This document shows positions 7,261 to 17,608 of a DNA stretch of 64,000 nt, piece by piece. Position 1 is the first letter of the stretch. Each line of letters starts with the position of its first letter. The notes beneath the pieces are model-generated. The model was not told where the DNA came from. It made no database searches and saw only the letters and a program-made list of their open reading frames with translations. Location: positions 2,693 to 66,692 of the forward strand of contig JAHEYN010000017.1 in the NCBI GenBank assembly GCA_023251555.1, read 5' to 3'. This DNA is from Bacteroidota bacterium (GTDB lineage: Bacteria > Bacteroidota > Bacteroidia > AKYH767-A > JAHEYN01). Position numbers and translations under genes: made by a program.

Positions 7261-8675
7261 TTTCTTGGCTTATATGAATTAATCAATTCAATAAATGAGG
7301 GATGATTTTTCAGAACAGGATTATACTCGAACAGCAGGTGATAATTTTCATACGAAAGTTCAAGCGCCATTCCGAGACTCATCATTGCTTCTTTCTGGTT
7401 CCCTGAATCAAACAGGTAGGAAACCATTCTGTAGTAAAACTCCGCCGAAGAAGGAAGGTTGCGTATTCCTTCGGTAAGTACTCCAATGGCTTCATCCAGT
7501 CGCCCTTCTTCTGCCAGGAGATCGGAGTGGTCAAGCCACGCATCAATATTTTCCGGTTCATGTTCAATGACTTTTCTGTATGCCTTCAGCGCTTCTTCAG
7601 GACGCCCCAGAGTGTTTTCCAGTTCCGCAAGCAATTGCCAGAATTCTCCGCGAAATTCTTCCAGCTCAATGGCTTTTCTCACATAATGAAGAGCCTCAAA
7701 GCTCCGGCTTTGGGCATGAAGCGTTATAGCGATTCCATGCCAGGCCTCAGCAAGATCAGGATTGATTTTAGTTGCTTTCTTATAGCAAGACCTTGCCTCA
7801 TCCATTTCGGAAAGCTTTTCATAACACTCCCCGATATTGTAGTATGTTAGTGCGTCCGGTGTTTCAAACTCGAAAGTCTGCTTGTAACAGGCAATTGCAT
7901 CTTCATACCGTTCCATGTTGGCAAGTGCATTGCCCTTGTTGAAATGTGCAATGGAGAAGTCGTATTTTACTAGGAGCGCATAATCGAAAGCTTCAATGGC
8001 TTTTTCATAAAGCCCCATTCCGTTGTATATGTTTCCAAGCACAAACCAGGCAATATGGGAATATGGGCTTTCATCAATAATATTCCTGATCAGGGTTACA
8101 GCTTCTTCAGGCTTTTCAAGTACCTCGTAACAATAAGCAATCTCATGGTAGCATGTTTCATTCTCAGGGTTAATATCCAGCGCCCTCCGGAAAGATGTCA
8201 GGGCTTTCTCAAAATCACCTTTGTTTTCAAGTATAAACCCGAGGTTGATGTGGAGAGGTTCGAGCTCTTCTTCAGATTCAATCATTGAGATGGCTTTCTC
8301 AAGGCACGCTATGGCTTCCTCATACTTTTCCTGCTGGTTGTATACATTGCCTCTTGCTATAAAGATGTCAGGGTCGAAAGGGGTTTCCTGTTCAAGCTTA
8401 TGCAGGATCTGCAGTGAGCCTTCTGTATTTCCCCGGAAAGCCATCACCTGCGCCTGCTTTAAGAGAAGAATATCTGAATTCGGGTGAAGTGTAAGCGCAT
8501 ACTCTATCACCTGGGCGGCATGTTCAGGGTTATTTTTCCCGAAATAATAATCAACGATATCAATAAAAGAGTCTACGTCAAAAAAATACTGATGTTTGTT
8601 TCTCAGCATTTCTTCGTAGCGCTCAATGGTGTGCTTTGTTTCTTCTGACTGGGGGATCTCGTTGTCTTCCTGCAT
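7257..8675 (-). CDS. Tetratricopeptide (TPR) repeat protein, cytoplasmic
   Basis: 472 aa, many 34-aa W-LG-Y-A-F-A-P motifs; its stop overlaps the comA start by 4 bp. Confidence 0.7.
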   Translation of the reverse strand: MQEDNEIPQSEETKHTIERYEEMLRNKHQYFFDVDSFIDIVDYYFGKNNPEHAAQVIEYALTLHPNSDILLLKQAQVMAFRGNTEGSLQILHKLEQETPFDPDIFIARGNVYNQQEKYEEAIACLEKAISMIESEEELEPLHINLGFILENKGDFEKALTSFRRALDINPENETCYHEIAYCYEVLEKPEEAVTLIRNIIDESPYSHIAWFVLGNIYNGMGLYEKAIEAFDYALLVKYDFSIAHFNKGNALANMERYEDAIACYKQTFEFETPDALTYYNIGECYEKLSEMDEARSCYKKATKINPDLAEAWHGIAITLHAQSRSFEALHYVRKAIELEEFRGEFWQLLAELENTLGRPEEALKAYRKVIEHEPENIDAWLDHSDLLAEEGRLDEAIGVLTEGIRNLPSSAEFYYRMVSYLFDSGNQKEAMMSLGMALELSYENYHLLFEYNPVLKNHPSFIELINSYKPRK

Positions 8676-8927
8676 ATGGGTAAAGAATAAAAGTTAATAA
8701 AACATAACTGCTCTCCAAAGATAAAAAAAATAAGGAATCAGTGAACCTAGCCGGGATGAAAAAAACAACCACATATGGGTGCCAAAGGTGAAGAAAATGA
8801 CATATACGGTGTTTTTGAGATATGCGCTGTCTTTTAGCTGATTTCCCCGGGGCTGCGAGGCTATTCAGTATGACAAATGTCATTACCTGGATATCTGGTT
8901 ATACTTAATTTTATTGCTGTAAAAAAT

Positions 8928-10397
8928 ATGAGGGTGATGAATAAAAAATATCTGAGATTTATTTTTATTTTGCTTCTGCCTTTTCTTGGGGTGAATTGTC
9001 GCCGTGATCTCCCTGTAATGGATGGAAGCGGTTACCCTAAGCGTATAGCCAAAATAATCCTGACACAATGCGTGGTTCCCGGATGCCATACGGAAGCGAG
9101 CAGGGAAGGGGCGGGCGGCTTATGCCTTTCAACATGGGATAAACTTTTTGAGGGCGGAATGAATAACTCTTCGGTGATCCCTTTCCGCCCCGATCAGAGT
9201 TTCTTCTTTTTTGCAATCAACACATTCCCGGATCTGGGTCCTTGCCTTAATCCTCCCATGCCTGCAGGCAGATCTTCTCTGGACCGTCAGGATGTTATTC
9301 TGATAAGAGACTGGATTGCGGCGGGTGCCCCGTCCGAAAGCGGGCAGGTAAAGTTTTCAGGGAATCCGGGCAGGAAAAAACTTTATGTTGCAAACCAGGG
9401 CTGCGACCTCGTAACAGTCTTTGATCTTGAAACAAAGCTGGTGATGAGGTGCATAGATGTGGGTAACAGCCCCTCAACGGAATCACCTCATGATATACAG
9501 GTGTCACCCGATGGTCAAAACTGGTATGTATCATTTTTTGCCAATGGAGTATTTCAGAAATACAGTGCTTCCGGTGACGTGAAAACCGGGGAGATTGACC
9601 TTTCAGACCCAAGCTGGCATTCGATGACTATCTCGCCTGATTCCAAATACGCCGTAATAAGTCATCTCGCTTCCGACGGGAAAGTGGCTCTTGTAAGTCT
9701 CAGCGACATGAAACTGGTTGCCAAATACAGCGGGAGCGGACTTTTTGTTTATCCGCACGGGTGCGCTTTTAATAAAAGTTCTTTAATATTTTATACTGTT
9801 TCTCTTCTCGGGAACTTTGTTTATAAAACTGATATCAGCAACCCGGCAGACCCTGTTATATCACAGGTACCCCTTCAGCCGGGCGAAGTTCCATCTCCCT
9901 ATGGACAAGAAAAACCTTATGAGGTGGATTTTACGCCGGACTTCAGCAGATACGTTGTCACATGCCAGGGAACACTCGATGTGCGCATATTTGATGCAGG
10001 TACGGATAGTCTCATGCAATCGATTCCTGCAACAGGAATTCCCCAAACCATGGCTTTTTCGGCTGACAATCATTATGTTTTCGTTACTAACATGGAAGAC
10101 TCTTCTCTTGCAGGAACCCGCAGCTCTGTTGATATTATTGATTTGAAAACAATGAGCAAGGCATTCACTGTATTTCCCGGATACCAGCCCCGCGGTCTCG
10201 CGGTAGATGACGATCACAGGGTGGTTTATATTGCCGATCGCAATGTAACTCCCGCAGGGCCCCAGCCTCATCACACCACTGCATGCAAGGGAAAAAGTGG
10301 ATATATCACTATGCTTGATATGAACACCATGCAGATGATCAGTACGTGGAGAACAGAAGTGTCAGTAGATCCATACAGCATGGCCATAAGGAAGTAG
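8928..10397 (+). CDS. Lipoprotein with an N-terminal PSCyt1-like (Planctomycete cytochrome c-like) domain carrying CX4CH, fused to a YVTN-type beta-propeller
   Basis: Start choice ambiguous (ATG at 8877, 8928 or 8937); signal LLLPFLGVNC; CVVPGCH ... NPPMPAGRSSLDRQDVILIRDWIAAGAP (MPP...L...WI..GA signature); then KKLYVANQGCDLVTVFDLETKLV and further propeller repeats. Confidence 0.6.
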   Translation: MRVMNKKYLRFIFILLLPFLGVNCRRDLPVMDGSGYPKRIAKIILTQCVVPGCHTEASREGAGGLCLSTWDKLFEGGMNNSSVIPFRPDQSFFFFAINTFPDLGPCLNPPMPAGRSSLDRQDVILIRDWIAAGAPSESGQVKFSGNPGRKKLYVANQGCDLVTVFDLETKLVMRCIDVGNSPSTESPHDIQVSPDGQNWYVSFFANGVFQKYSASGDVKTGEIDLSDPSWHSMTISPDSKYAVISHLASDGKVALVSLSDMKLVAKYSGSGLFVYPHGCAFNKSSLIFYTVSLLGNFVYKTDISNPADPVISQVPLQPGEVPSPYGQEKPYEVDFTPDFSRYVVTCQGTLDVRIFDAGTDSLMQSIPATGIPQTMAFSADNHYVFVTNMEDSSLAGTRSSVDIIDLKTMSKAFTVFPGYQPRGLAVDDDHRVVYIADRNVTPAGPQPHHTTACKGKSGYITMLDMNTMQMISTWRTEVSVDPYSMAIRK

Positions 10398-10413
10398 CAG
10401 CCGGCAGAATACT

Positions 10414-12678
10414 TCATTTTGCAATTAAAAATCTGCGGGACAGTTCCCCTTTATTGGTTTTTATTTTCAGAAAATAAAGGCCGGCATCCAGGTGCCTTAC
10501 ATCAACAGTGAACTCTCCGTTGTGAAAAGTTTGGGGAAGGGCAATGGCCCGGCCTGTAATGTCTTCTATGCCAAGCTGCTGAACCTGCAGAAGTGCTGTC
10601 TTGATAAAAAGATATTCAGAGGCAGGGTTGGGATAAAATGATATTTCCTTACCCGTAAATGCTGATTCATATGTCCCCGATATCTGGATGGAATCTTCAA
10701 CTGCCTGAAGGCTGACAGGATTTCCATCTTTATCAATCGCAAGAACAGAGGAGATCGAAAGCTTCAGGACTCCGTTTCCTGTAACGGTAAACAACAGGGT
10801 GGCTGCCAGTCCGTTTCCTGAAATATTTGTATGATCAATCCTTGACAATCCTATGTCAATCTTTCCGGAAGAAGAAAAGTCCTTTTCAAGATGCACGAGG
10901 TTGAAAGCAGGCGTAAGCCAGGAGCCTGTGTAATCCACACTGACTCCCCCCTGCACTAAGGAAGGATCATAATTCACGGAAAAGGCTGCTCCATAAATAT
11001 CAGCCACAGGACTGGCAGGTGTTCCCATCTTAACAGGAACACTAACTACAGTGGCTGCTGCCACAACGCCCGGCGGTACTTCAAAATATAATTCCGGAGT
11101 ACCGGAATATGTTTCACTGAAACTGTTCTTTAAATGAGTCTGTCCGTAATTGAGAGAAACGGCCGTAGTATCGGCCTGGTCAACAGTACCAGTGCCGTCA
11201 CAATCAGCATGTTTCATGTTAACTCCGTTTGTAAACTGTGAACCCCAGTCGGCAGACTGTTGTGCGGTCCAGCTGTTCGATGCCGCGGTACGTGCAGGCC
11301 CCGATGCGTTGTAAGCGATGCCGATATACAAAATATCTTTATTGTCTGCAATCTTGTCATAATTGGCATCTCCGGGCCACACATTAGTAAGCGGAGGGGT
11401 ACATCCGCTCCAGATCCATCCTGAATTATTATTTATGTTCGTGCTGTTTCCTCCCGCATAAAAGGACGCCCCGCCTGCCACATGTATGTCCTGCATATCT
11501 ACATAATCCATACAGACACTGCCTGAAGATTTGCTCAATACAGACTGCGTTCCTGCTGAACTGCTCTGCATTGCAATTGAAAACCCCTGGCTGCCGGTGG
11601 CAAAGAGGTAATCACTGACCGTTTGAGTGTCTGATGCTCCAAGCTGGATAAGATAGCCGGGGTTCATGAACAGGAGAGAGTCAAAAGAATTATTTCCTGA
11701 AACACCTGCGGTATTTGAAAAAATAACTCTGTGAAAAACATTGCTGCCGGACAGTATATTCCCGTCGGCATTGAAGGCTATCTCGTTGAAGCTGTTGTTG
11801 CTTCCGGATATTGTTCCTGTACCTGTGAATGAGACGTTATGAACAATACAATGAGATACTTCAAGGCTTCCTGTTGAAGTAAAGATGACGTCATTATAAG
11901 TATTAAATCCCAAAGTGTCACTGAACGAGGTGCTGCATTTAATATATGCGCTGTCGGCATCAAGCATGGCCGGATATCCATCTACGATCCATGACTGGCA
12001 ATATATATCGGAAACACCCAGATACATGGATGACGTTGAAGAAGAGAATATTTCAAAAATGCCGCATTGTATTGTATGTCCTCCCGTAATAAACTTCCCC
12101 CCCGAGAGTGTTATGTCCGAACATTTCAGCGTATCGGCCAGCGTCCATTCCCCCCCAGGGTTGCTGAATATGAAGTCTGTGTGGGAATAAGAGGCGTTGG
12201 GAAGCAGAATCCCGCTGAGTTTTTTTTCCGAAGTGGAGATGGTGAAAACCCCCGAAGCAGTAAATGAAAGATCTCCCACAAGGCACCAGGACATGTTAGT
12301 TCCCAGGGTGACAGAGCCATATACTTTTATACTCGCATACGGAAGACCATCGTCATTGGCAAGTGCCGGGCTGTTCGATACTCCTGACCAGTCCATATCC
12401 TGGCAGTAAACTTCTGCAGAGTCAATATATACGGTGTCGCCTCCGGATAAAAATGAAGCAGCATTAAAATACACATTGTCGGAAGGGGAGGGGGGCTGGG
12501 AATAAAATGCAATCCCGCCCGGTGAAGTAGCCCAGTGGGAAGCATAGTCATTCCACTTTCCTGTTCCTCCTACCCAGTAAAAGTCGGCAGCCCGAAGAGA
12601 GGATGCATCTCCTGCATAAGCCAGGCAAAGACAAAGCATGTGTTTTACAAATGAGCCGTGTGCGCTGCGGAGTTGCAT
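10414..12678 (-). CDS. Large secreted T9SS cargo protein (beta-helix-like) with type-A C-terminal sorting domain
   Basis: 754 aa; N-terminal signal; ADFYWVGGTGKWND motif; C-terminus ISFYPNPASEYLFIK...DVRHLDAGLYFLKIKTNKGELSRRFLIAK typical of the Por/T9SS CTD. Confidence 0.7.
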   Translation of the reverse strand: MQLRSAHGSFVKHMLCLCLAYAGDASSLRAADFYWVGGTGKWNDYASHWATSPGGIAFYSQPPSPSDNVYFNAASFLSGGDTVYIDSAEVYCQDMDWSGVSNSPALANDDGLPYASIKVYGSVTLGTNMSWCLVGDLSFTASGVFTISTSEKKLSGILLPNASYSHTDFIFSNPGGEWTLADTLKCSDITLSGGKFITGGHTIQCGIFEIFSSSTSSMYLGVSDIYCQSWIVDGYPAMLDADSAYIKCSTSFSDTLGFNTYNDVIFTSTGSLEVSHCIVHNVSFTGTGTISGSNNSFNEIAFNADGNILSGSNVFHRVIFSNTAGVSGNNSFDSLLFMNPGYLIQLGASDTQTVSDYLFATGSQGFSIAMQSSSAGTQSVLSKSSGSVCMDYVDMQDIHVAGGASFYAGGNSTNINNNSGWIWSGCTPPLTNVWPGDANYDKIADNKDILYIGIAYNASGPARTAASNSWTAQQSADWGSQFTNGVNMKHADCDGTGTVDQADTTAVSLNYGQTHLKNSFSETYSGTPELYFEVPPGVVAAATVVSVPVKMGTPASPVADIYGAAFSVNYDPSLVQGGVSVDYTGSWLTPAFNLVHLEKDFSSSGKIDIGLSRIDHTNISGNGLAATLLFTVTGNGVLKLSISSVLAIDKDGNPVSLQAVEDSIQISGTYESAFTGKEISFYPNPASEYLFIKTALLQVQQLGIEDITGRAIALPQTFHNGEFTVDVRHLDAGLYFLKIKTNKGELSRRFLIAK

Positions 12679-12999
12679 ATAACAAAAATACGGAGCCTGA
12701 TTTAAAGAACAAAGGGAAGCGCTTGAATTTATCCTTAGAAAAGATATTGTTTTAAATTTGTTCCTGTGTTTTCCATCCTGCAGGGTTTATTATCGCAATC
12801 ACTATTTCGAAAAGCCTCACGGATATATACCGCTTTAAGATACAGGAAAAGATAGCCTATCCTTCTGCCTGAAAACCAGTCTCTCGGGAATGCGGGGTCA
12901 GTCCAGCTTAATATTTGCATATTCCGTATATCAATCACTATCTTTGCCCACTTATAAATTTTCTCAAAATCTGATATTTACTATTCAAATCCAAGAGCT

Positions 13000-15900
13000 A
13001 TGCAAAGTAAAGGCACCATTAAAGCATTTTCAATACTCCTGACACTGGTTTGTATTTACCAGCTTTCTTTTACATGGGTGTCGTATCATGTGGAAAGCAA
13101 AGCAAAAGAATACGCCAACGGAGATGAGAAGAAAGAAAGAACATACCTTGACTCGGTTGCTTCACAGCCGGTTTATAATCTTCTTGTAAAAAAATACACC
13201 TACGCCGAGTGTCGTGATAACCAGATTAACCTTGGGCTGGACCTCAAAGGCGGGATGAACGTAACCCTCGAAGTTTCTGTAATTGAACTCATAAAGTCTC
13301 TTGCCAACTTCAGCCCTGACACAACTTTCAATAAGGCTATTGATGATGCTTCGGAGCTCCAGAAAAACAGCCAGGAGGATTTTGTCACTCTTTTCGGAAA
13401 AGCCTTTGAGAACAGGGCAAAGGGCGGAAAGCTGGCAGCCATTTTTTCGACAAAGGATCTTCAGGACAGGATCACCTACAACTCCACTAACGAGGAGGTT
13501 CTGAAGGTTATCAAAAAGGAGGCTGATGACGCCATTGACCGCTCCTTTAATATTCTCCGCACCCGTATTGACAAATTCGGCGTTACACAGCCTAATATCC
13601 AGAAGCTCTCAGGAGGAAGAATTCTCATTGAGTTGCCAGGAGTGAAAGAGCCTGAGCGCGTGCGCAAGCTCCTCCAGGGTACAGCCCGCCTTGAGTTCTG
13701 GGAAACATATGAGAGCAAGGATATCCTTCAGTATCTCGCAGATGCTGACAAGTTCCTGAAAAATGAGATAAAAGGAATTCTTCAACCGGATTCATCATCT
13801 TCATCCGACTCTCTGCAGCAGGGAATAGATTCTCTGGCTACTTCGGCTGATACTGCTTCCAAATCCACTGCCGATACAGGCAAAAGCAAATCTTCTCTCC
13901 TTGAGCAGGTAATTAATAACGAGAAAAAGGATACGTCAGCCGGAAAAGACAGCCTTGGACTGAAGGAGTCTGCAGACCCGTCAAAAGAGAACCCTCTTTT
14001 TTACTACCTGAGACCTGCTGTTTCCCAGGATGAAAAGGGCCAAACCTTTGCGAGAAAAGGCCCTGTGGTTGGATTTGCAGCAATAAAAGATACGGCAAAA
14101 GTGAATGAATTTCTTGCCAACCCCGGTGTTAAAGCTATCTTCCCGAAAGAGCTCAAACTATTGTGGTCTGTTAAGCCTCCCAGTTGGGATAAGCAATCCA
14201 AGATACTTGAGTTGATTGCTGTTAAGATTACCAACAGGAGCGGGCGGGCGCCCCTTGAAGGAGATGTGGTTACTGATGCACGTCAGGATTTTGGTCAATT
14301 TAACAATGCACCTGAAATTTCCATGAGCATGAATGCCGACGGGGCAAAGACATGGAAAAGAATGACCGGTGAGAACATTGGCAAAAGCGTTGCAATTGTA
14401 CTGGATGATTACGTCTATTCTTTCCCTACCGTCCAGGGGGAGATTCCTAATGGAAGAACTTCCATCACGGGGAATTTTACCATAAACGAAGCCAAGGATC
14501 TTGCAAACATTCTCAAGGCAGGTAAACTTCCCGCCCCTGCAAGAATAGTGGAGGAAGCCATCGTCGGACCTTCTCTTGGAAAAGAAGCTATCAGCTCAGG
14601 GCTTCTCTCTTTTGCAATAGCCCTTCTGCTGGTACTTGTATTCATGGTGCTCTATTATAACAATGCCGGATTTGTCGCCGATCTTGCCCTCTTTTCGAAT
14701 ATCTTCTTCGTCATGGGTGTGCTGGCTTCACTTACCGCAGTTCTTACACTTCCCGGTATTGCAGGTATTGTGCTCACCATCGGTATGTCGGTTGATGCCA
14801 ACATTCTTATTTATGAAAGAGTGAGGGAAGAGGTAGCCAACGGAAAAGGCCTCAGGCTGGCTATCTCCGACGGGTTCAAACATGCATATTCTTCCATCAT
14901 TGACTCAAACGTAACAACCTTTCTGACAGGCGTGATACTGTTTATTTTCGGGACAGGACCCATACAGGGCTTCGCTACTACGCTCTGCCTTGGCATCGCG
15001 ACCTCCATGTTCAGCGCAATCTTCATTACCCGCCTTATATTCGAATGGATGCTTGCTACCAACAGAACAATTAAATTCTCAAACCGCCTCACGGAAGGCG
15101 CCTTCAAAAAGGTCAATATTAACTTCGTCGGCAAAAGAAAATATTATTACTGGATTTCAGGTACTGTTACTGCTGTTACAATCATATCAATATTTGTGAG
15201 AGGATTCAGCTATGGTGTTGATTTCAAAGGCGGCCGGACATATGTAATCAGGTTCTCGGGTAAACACAGCACCGAAGAAGTACGTTCTTCACTTACCAAA
15301 GCTTTTGACGGAACAGCCCCGGAAGTAAAAATGTTTAAGTCATTTTCCGGCGAAGAAGAAATAAAAGTCACCACGAGCTACCTCATCAATGAAAATTCCG
15401 CAGAAGCCGATGAAAAAGTGGAAGGCAGGATGAAAGAAGGTTTGTTAAAGGTTGATACCGGCTACGAAATCGTGAGCTCCCAGAAAGTGGGGCCCACCAT
15501 AGCTGATGATATTAAAACATCGGCATTATGGGCTGTATTCTTCTCTATAATCGTTATGTTCCTCTATATTCTTGTGCGGTTTAAGAAATGGCAGTACGGC
15601 CTTGGCGCTACCGTTGCTCTCATCCATGATGTTATGTTCCTTATCGGGTGCTTCACCCTCCTGCACGGTGTGGTTCCATTCTCCCTTGAGATAGACCAGG
15701 CCTTCATTGCAGCAGTACTAACCGTCATGGGTTATTCCATGAATGACACTGTGGTGGTGTTCGACAGGCTACGTGAATACCTCGGCATGCAGCTTAACAA
15801 ACGTCCCATGACGGAAACCATCAATATGGCAGTGAACAGTACCCTGAGCAGGACTATCAATACATCCCTCACTATTTTCTTCGTGCTGCTTGCCATCTTC

Positions 15901-16032
15901 CTGTTCGGCGGTGAAGTGATAAGGGGATTTTCTTTCGCCCTGCTGATGGGTATTATCGTTGGTACCTACTCCTCGATATGTATCGCAACCCCCATTGTTG
16001 TTGACTTCCGGAAGAAAGAGGAAAAACAGTAA
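13000..16032 (+). CDS. secDF: Protein translocase subunit SecDF (fused)
   Basis: 1010 aa; SecD motif GLDLKGG, large periplasmic domain, two 6-TM modules; fusion typical of Bacteroidota. Confidence 0.85.
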   Translation: MQSKGTIKAFSILLTLVCIYQLSFTWVSYHVESKAKEYANGDEKKERTYLDSVASQPVYNLLVKKYTYAECRDNQINLGLDLKGGMNVTLEVSVIELIKSLANFSPDTTFNKAIDDASELQKNSQEDFVTLFGKAFENRAKGGKLAAIFSTKDLQDRITYNSTNEEVLKVIKKEADDAIDRSFNILRTRIDKFGVTQPNIQKLSGGRILIELPGVKEPERVRKLLQGTARLEFWETYESKDILQYLADADKFLKNEIKGILQPDSSSSSDSLQQGIDSLATSADTASKSTADTGKSKSSLLEQVINNEKKDTSAGKDSLGLKESADPSKENPLFYYLRPAVSQDEKGQTFARKGPVVGFAAIKDTAKVNEFLANPGVKAIFPKELKLLWSVKPPSWDKQSKILELIAVKITNRSGRAPLEGDVVTDARQDFGQFNNAPEISMSMNADGAKTWKRMTGENIGKSVAIVLDDYVYSFPTVQGEIPNGRTSITGNFTINEAKDLANILKAGKLPAPARIVEEAIVGPSLGKEAISSGLLSFAIALLLVLVFMVLYYNNAGFVADLALFSNIFFVMGVLASLTAVLTLPGIAGIVLTIGMSVDANILIYERVREEVANGKGLRLAISDGFKHAYSSIIDSNVTTFLTGVILFIFGTGPIQGFATTLCLGIATSMFSAIFITRLIFEWMLATNRTIKFSNRLTEGAFKKVNINFVGKRKYYYWISGTVTAVTIISIFVRGFSYGVDFKGGRTYVIRFSGKHSTEEVRSSLTKAFDGTAPEVKMFKSFSGEEEIKVTTSYLINENSAEADEKVEGRMKEGLLKVDTGYEIVSSQKVGPTIADDIKTSALWAVFFSIIVMFLYILVRFKKWQYGLGATVALIHDVMFLIGCFTLLHGVVPFSLEIDQAFIAAVLTVMGYSMNDTVVVFDRLREYLGMQLNKRPMTETINMAVNSTLSRTINTSLTIFFVLLAIFLFGGEVIRGFSFALLMGIIVGTYSSICIATPIVVDFRKKEEKQ

Positions 16033-16143
16033 TGCATTGCCGGATAATATTGAAATGCAGCAGCCGTTATAATGCAGTATCATTTTCCCTCTGAAATCAA
16101 ATTATTTATATTCGCAATCAATTATCATAAAAACAACTGAAAA

Positions 16144-16971
16144 ATGGAAAACAACAATTCAATGGCCGGAAATGCAAAAGACAGTGTGCTCAAGTCGCTG
16201 TTTGCAACTATTGTTATACCTGTTGCCCTTGTCGCTGCTTTTATCATCTTTAAGTACGTGATGGGTAATGGAGCCAACTTTGAGGGAGGCAATCCTGAAA
16301 ACAATCCTCTTCCCGGAAATTATATGGGTATCATTTATAAGGGAGGGCTTATTGTTCCCATCCTGATGACGCTTCTCATCCTCGTGATTACGTTCTCTAT
16401 AGAGCGCTTCATTACCGTTGCTGCAGCAGGCGGAAAGGGTAATGTGGATGGGTTTATCCGCCGTGTAAGAGAATCGCTGATGAGGGGTGATGTTGATGCC
16501 TCCTCCGCGGAATGTGATGCACAGAAGGGTTCCGTTGGCAATGTGGTGCGATCCGTGCTCGCTAAGTACCGGGAGCTTGGATCCGATAACAGTATGCAGA
16601 AAGATCAGAAAGTACTCGCCATCCAGAAAGAACTGGAAGAGGCTACAGCTCTGGAACTGCCCATGCTTGAGAAAAACCTCGTGATACTTGCGACCATCGC
16701 ATCCATATCAACACTGTTCGGGCTGCTCGGGACAGTGCTCGGCATGATCCGCTCTTTTGCAGCCCTTGCCCATGCCGGAGCTCCTGATTCGGTAGCCCTC
16801 GCAACAGGTATTTCCGAAGCACTTATCAATACAGCCTTTGGTATTACAACCTCTGCTATCGCAATTATTGCTTATAACTATTTCACCACCAAGATCGACA
16901 AGCTCACATACAGCATAGATGAGGCAGGGTTCAGTATTATACAGACTTTTGCAGCCACCCATAAAGGCTGA
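16144..16971 (+). CDS. exbB: MotA/TolQ/ExbB proton-channel family protein
   Basis: 275 aa; LGLLGTVLGMIRSFAALA hallmark; 3 TM. Confidence 0.8.
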   Translation: MENNNSMAGNAKDSVLKSLFATIVIPVALVAAFIIFKYVMGNGANFEGGNPENNPLPGNYMGIIYKGGLIVPILMTLLILVITFSIERFITVAAAGGKGNVDGFIRRVRESLMRGDVDASSAECDAQKGSVGNVVRSVLAKYRELGSDNSMQKDQKVLAIQKELEEATALELPMLEKNLVILATIASISTLFGLLGTVLGMIRSFAALAHAGAPDSVALATGISEALINTAFGITTSAIAIIAYNYFTTKIDKLTYSIDEAGFSIIQTFAATHKG

Positions 16972-16993
16972 CTGAAACGCAAAGCAGAAGAGG

Positions 16994-17593
16994 ATGCCCA
17001 AAGTAAAACTTCCCAGGAAAAGCACTAACATTGACATGACCGCCATGTGCGACGTGGCATTCCTGCTCCTTACTTTTTTTATGCTTACTACCAAGTTCAA
17101 GCCGGATGAACCTGTCGTCGTGGATACCCCTTCCTCCATCTCAGAGATCAAACTCCCTGAAACGGATATTATAACGATTACCATAGACAAGGAAGGTGCT
17201 GTTTTTTTTGGAATAGACGGGCAGTTTACCCGTGAGAAACTCATACAAAAAATGGCTGAGCGTTATACCCTTGCGTTTTCTCCTGAAGAAATCAAGTCGT
17301 TTTCTGTACTGTCAAGCATTGGACTCCCTGTGGCAAACCTCAAAGAGTTCCTTAATATGAACAGCGAGCAGCGGGCAAAGGTGAAGCAAACGGGTGTCCC
17401 TTGCGACTCTCTTAAAAATGAACTCGGCGACTGGATTCTCTTTGCACGCCAGTCAAATCCTAAGTTCAGAATTGCCGTGAAAGGCGACAGGGATGCCAAA
17501 TTCCCTGTCGTAAAAGAGGTGATCGCAACCCTCCAGGAGAAAAAAGTCAATAAGTTTAACTTCATCACCAGTATGGAAACAGCCCCCCAGTAA
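16994..17593 (+). CDS. exbD: Biopolymer transport protein ExbD/TolR (copy 1)
   Basis: 199 aa; N-terminal IDMTAMCDVAFLLLTFFMLTT. Confidence 0.8.
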   Translation: MPKVKLPRKSTNIDMTAMCDVAFLLLTFFMLTTKFKPDEPVVVDTPSSISEIKLPETDIITITIDKEGAVFFGIDGQFTREKLIQKMAERYTLAFSPEEIKSFSVLSSIGLPVANLKEFLNMNSEQRAKVKQTGVPCDSLKNELGDWILFARQSNPKFRIAVKGDRDAKFPVVKEVIATLQEKKVNKFNFITSMETAPQ

Positions 17594-17608
17594 CAGGGCG
17601 CTAAAGCT

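Noticed and set aside
8928-9300. Canonical c-type heme-binding site
   Set aside because: No CxxCH is present; only C-x4-C-H. I therefore describe the domain as cytochrome-like with a non-canonical motif, not as a proven cytochrome.
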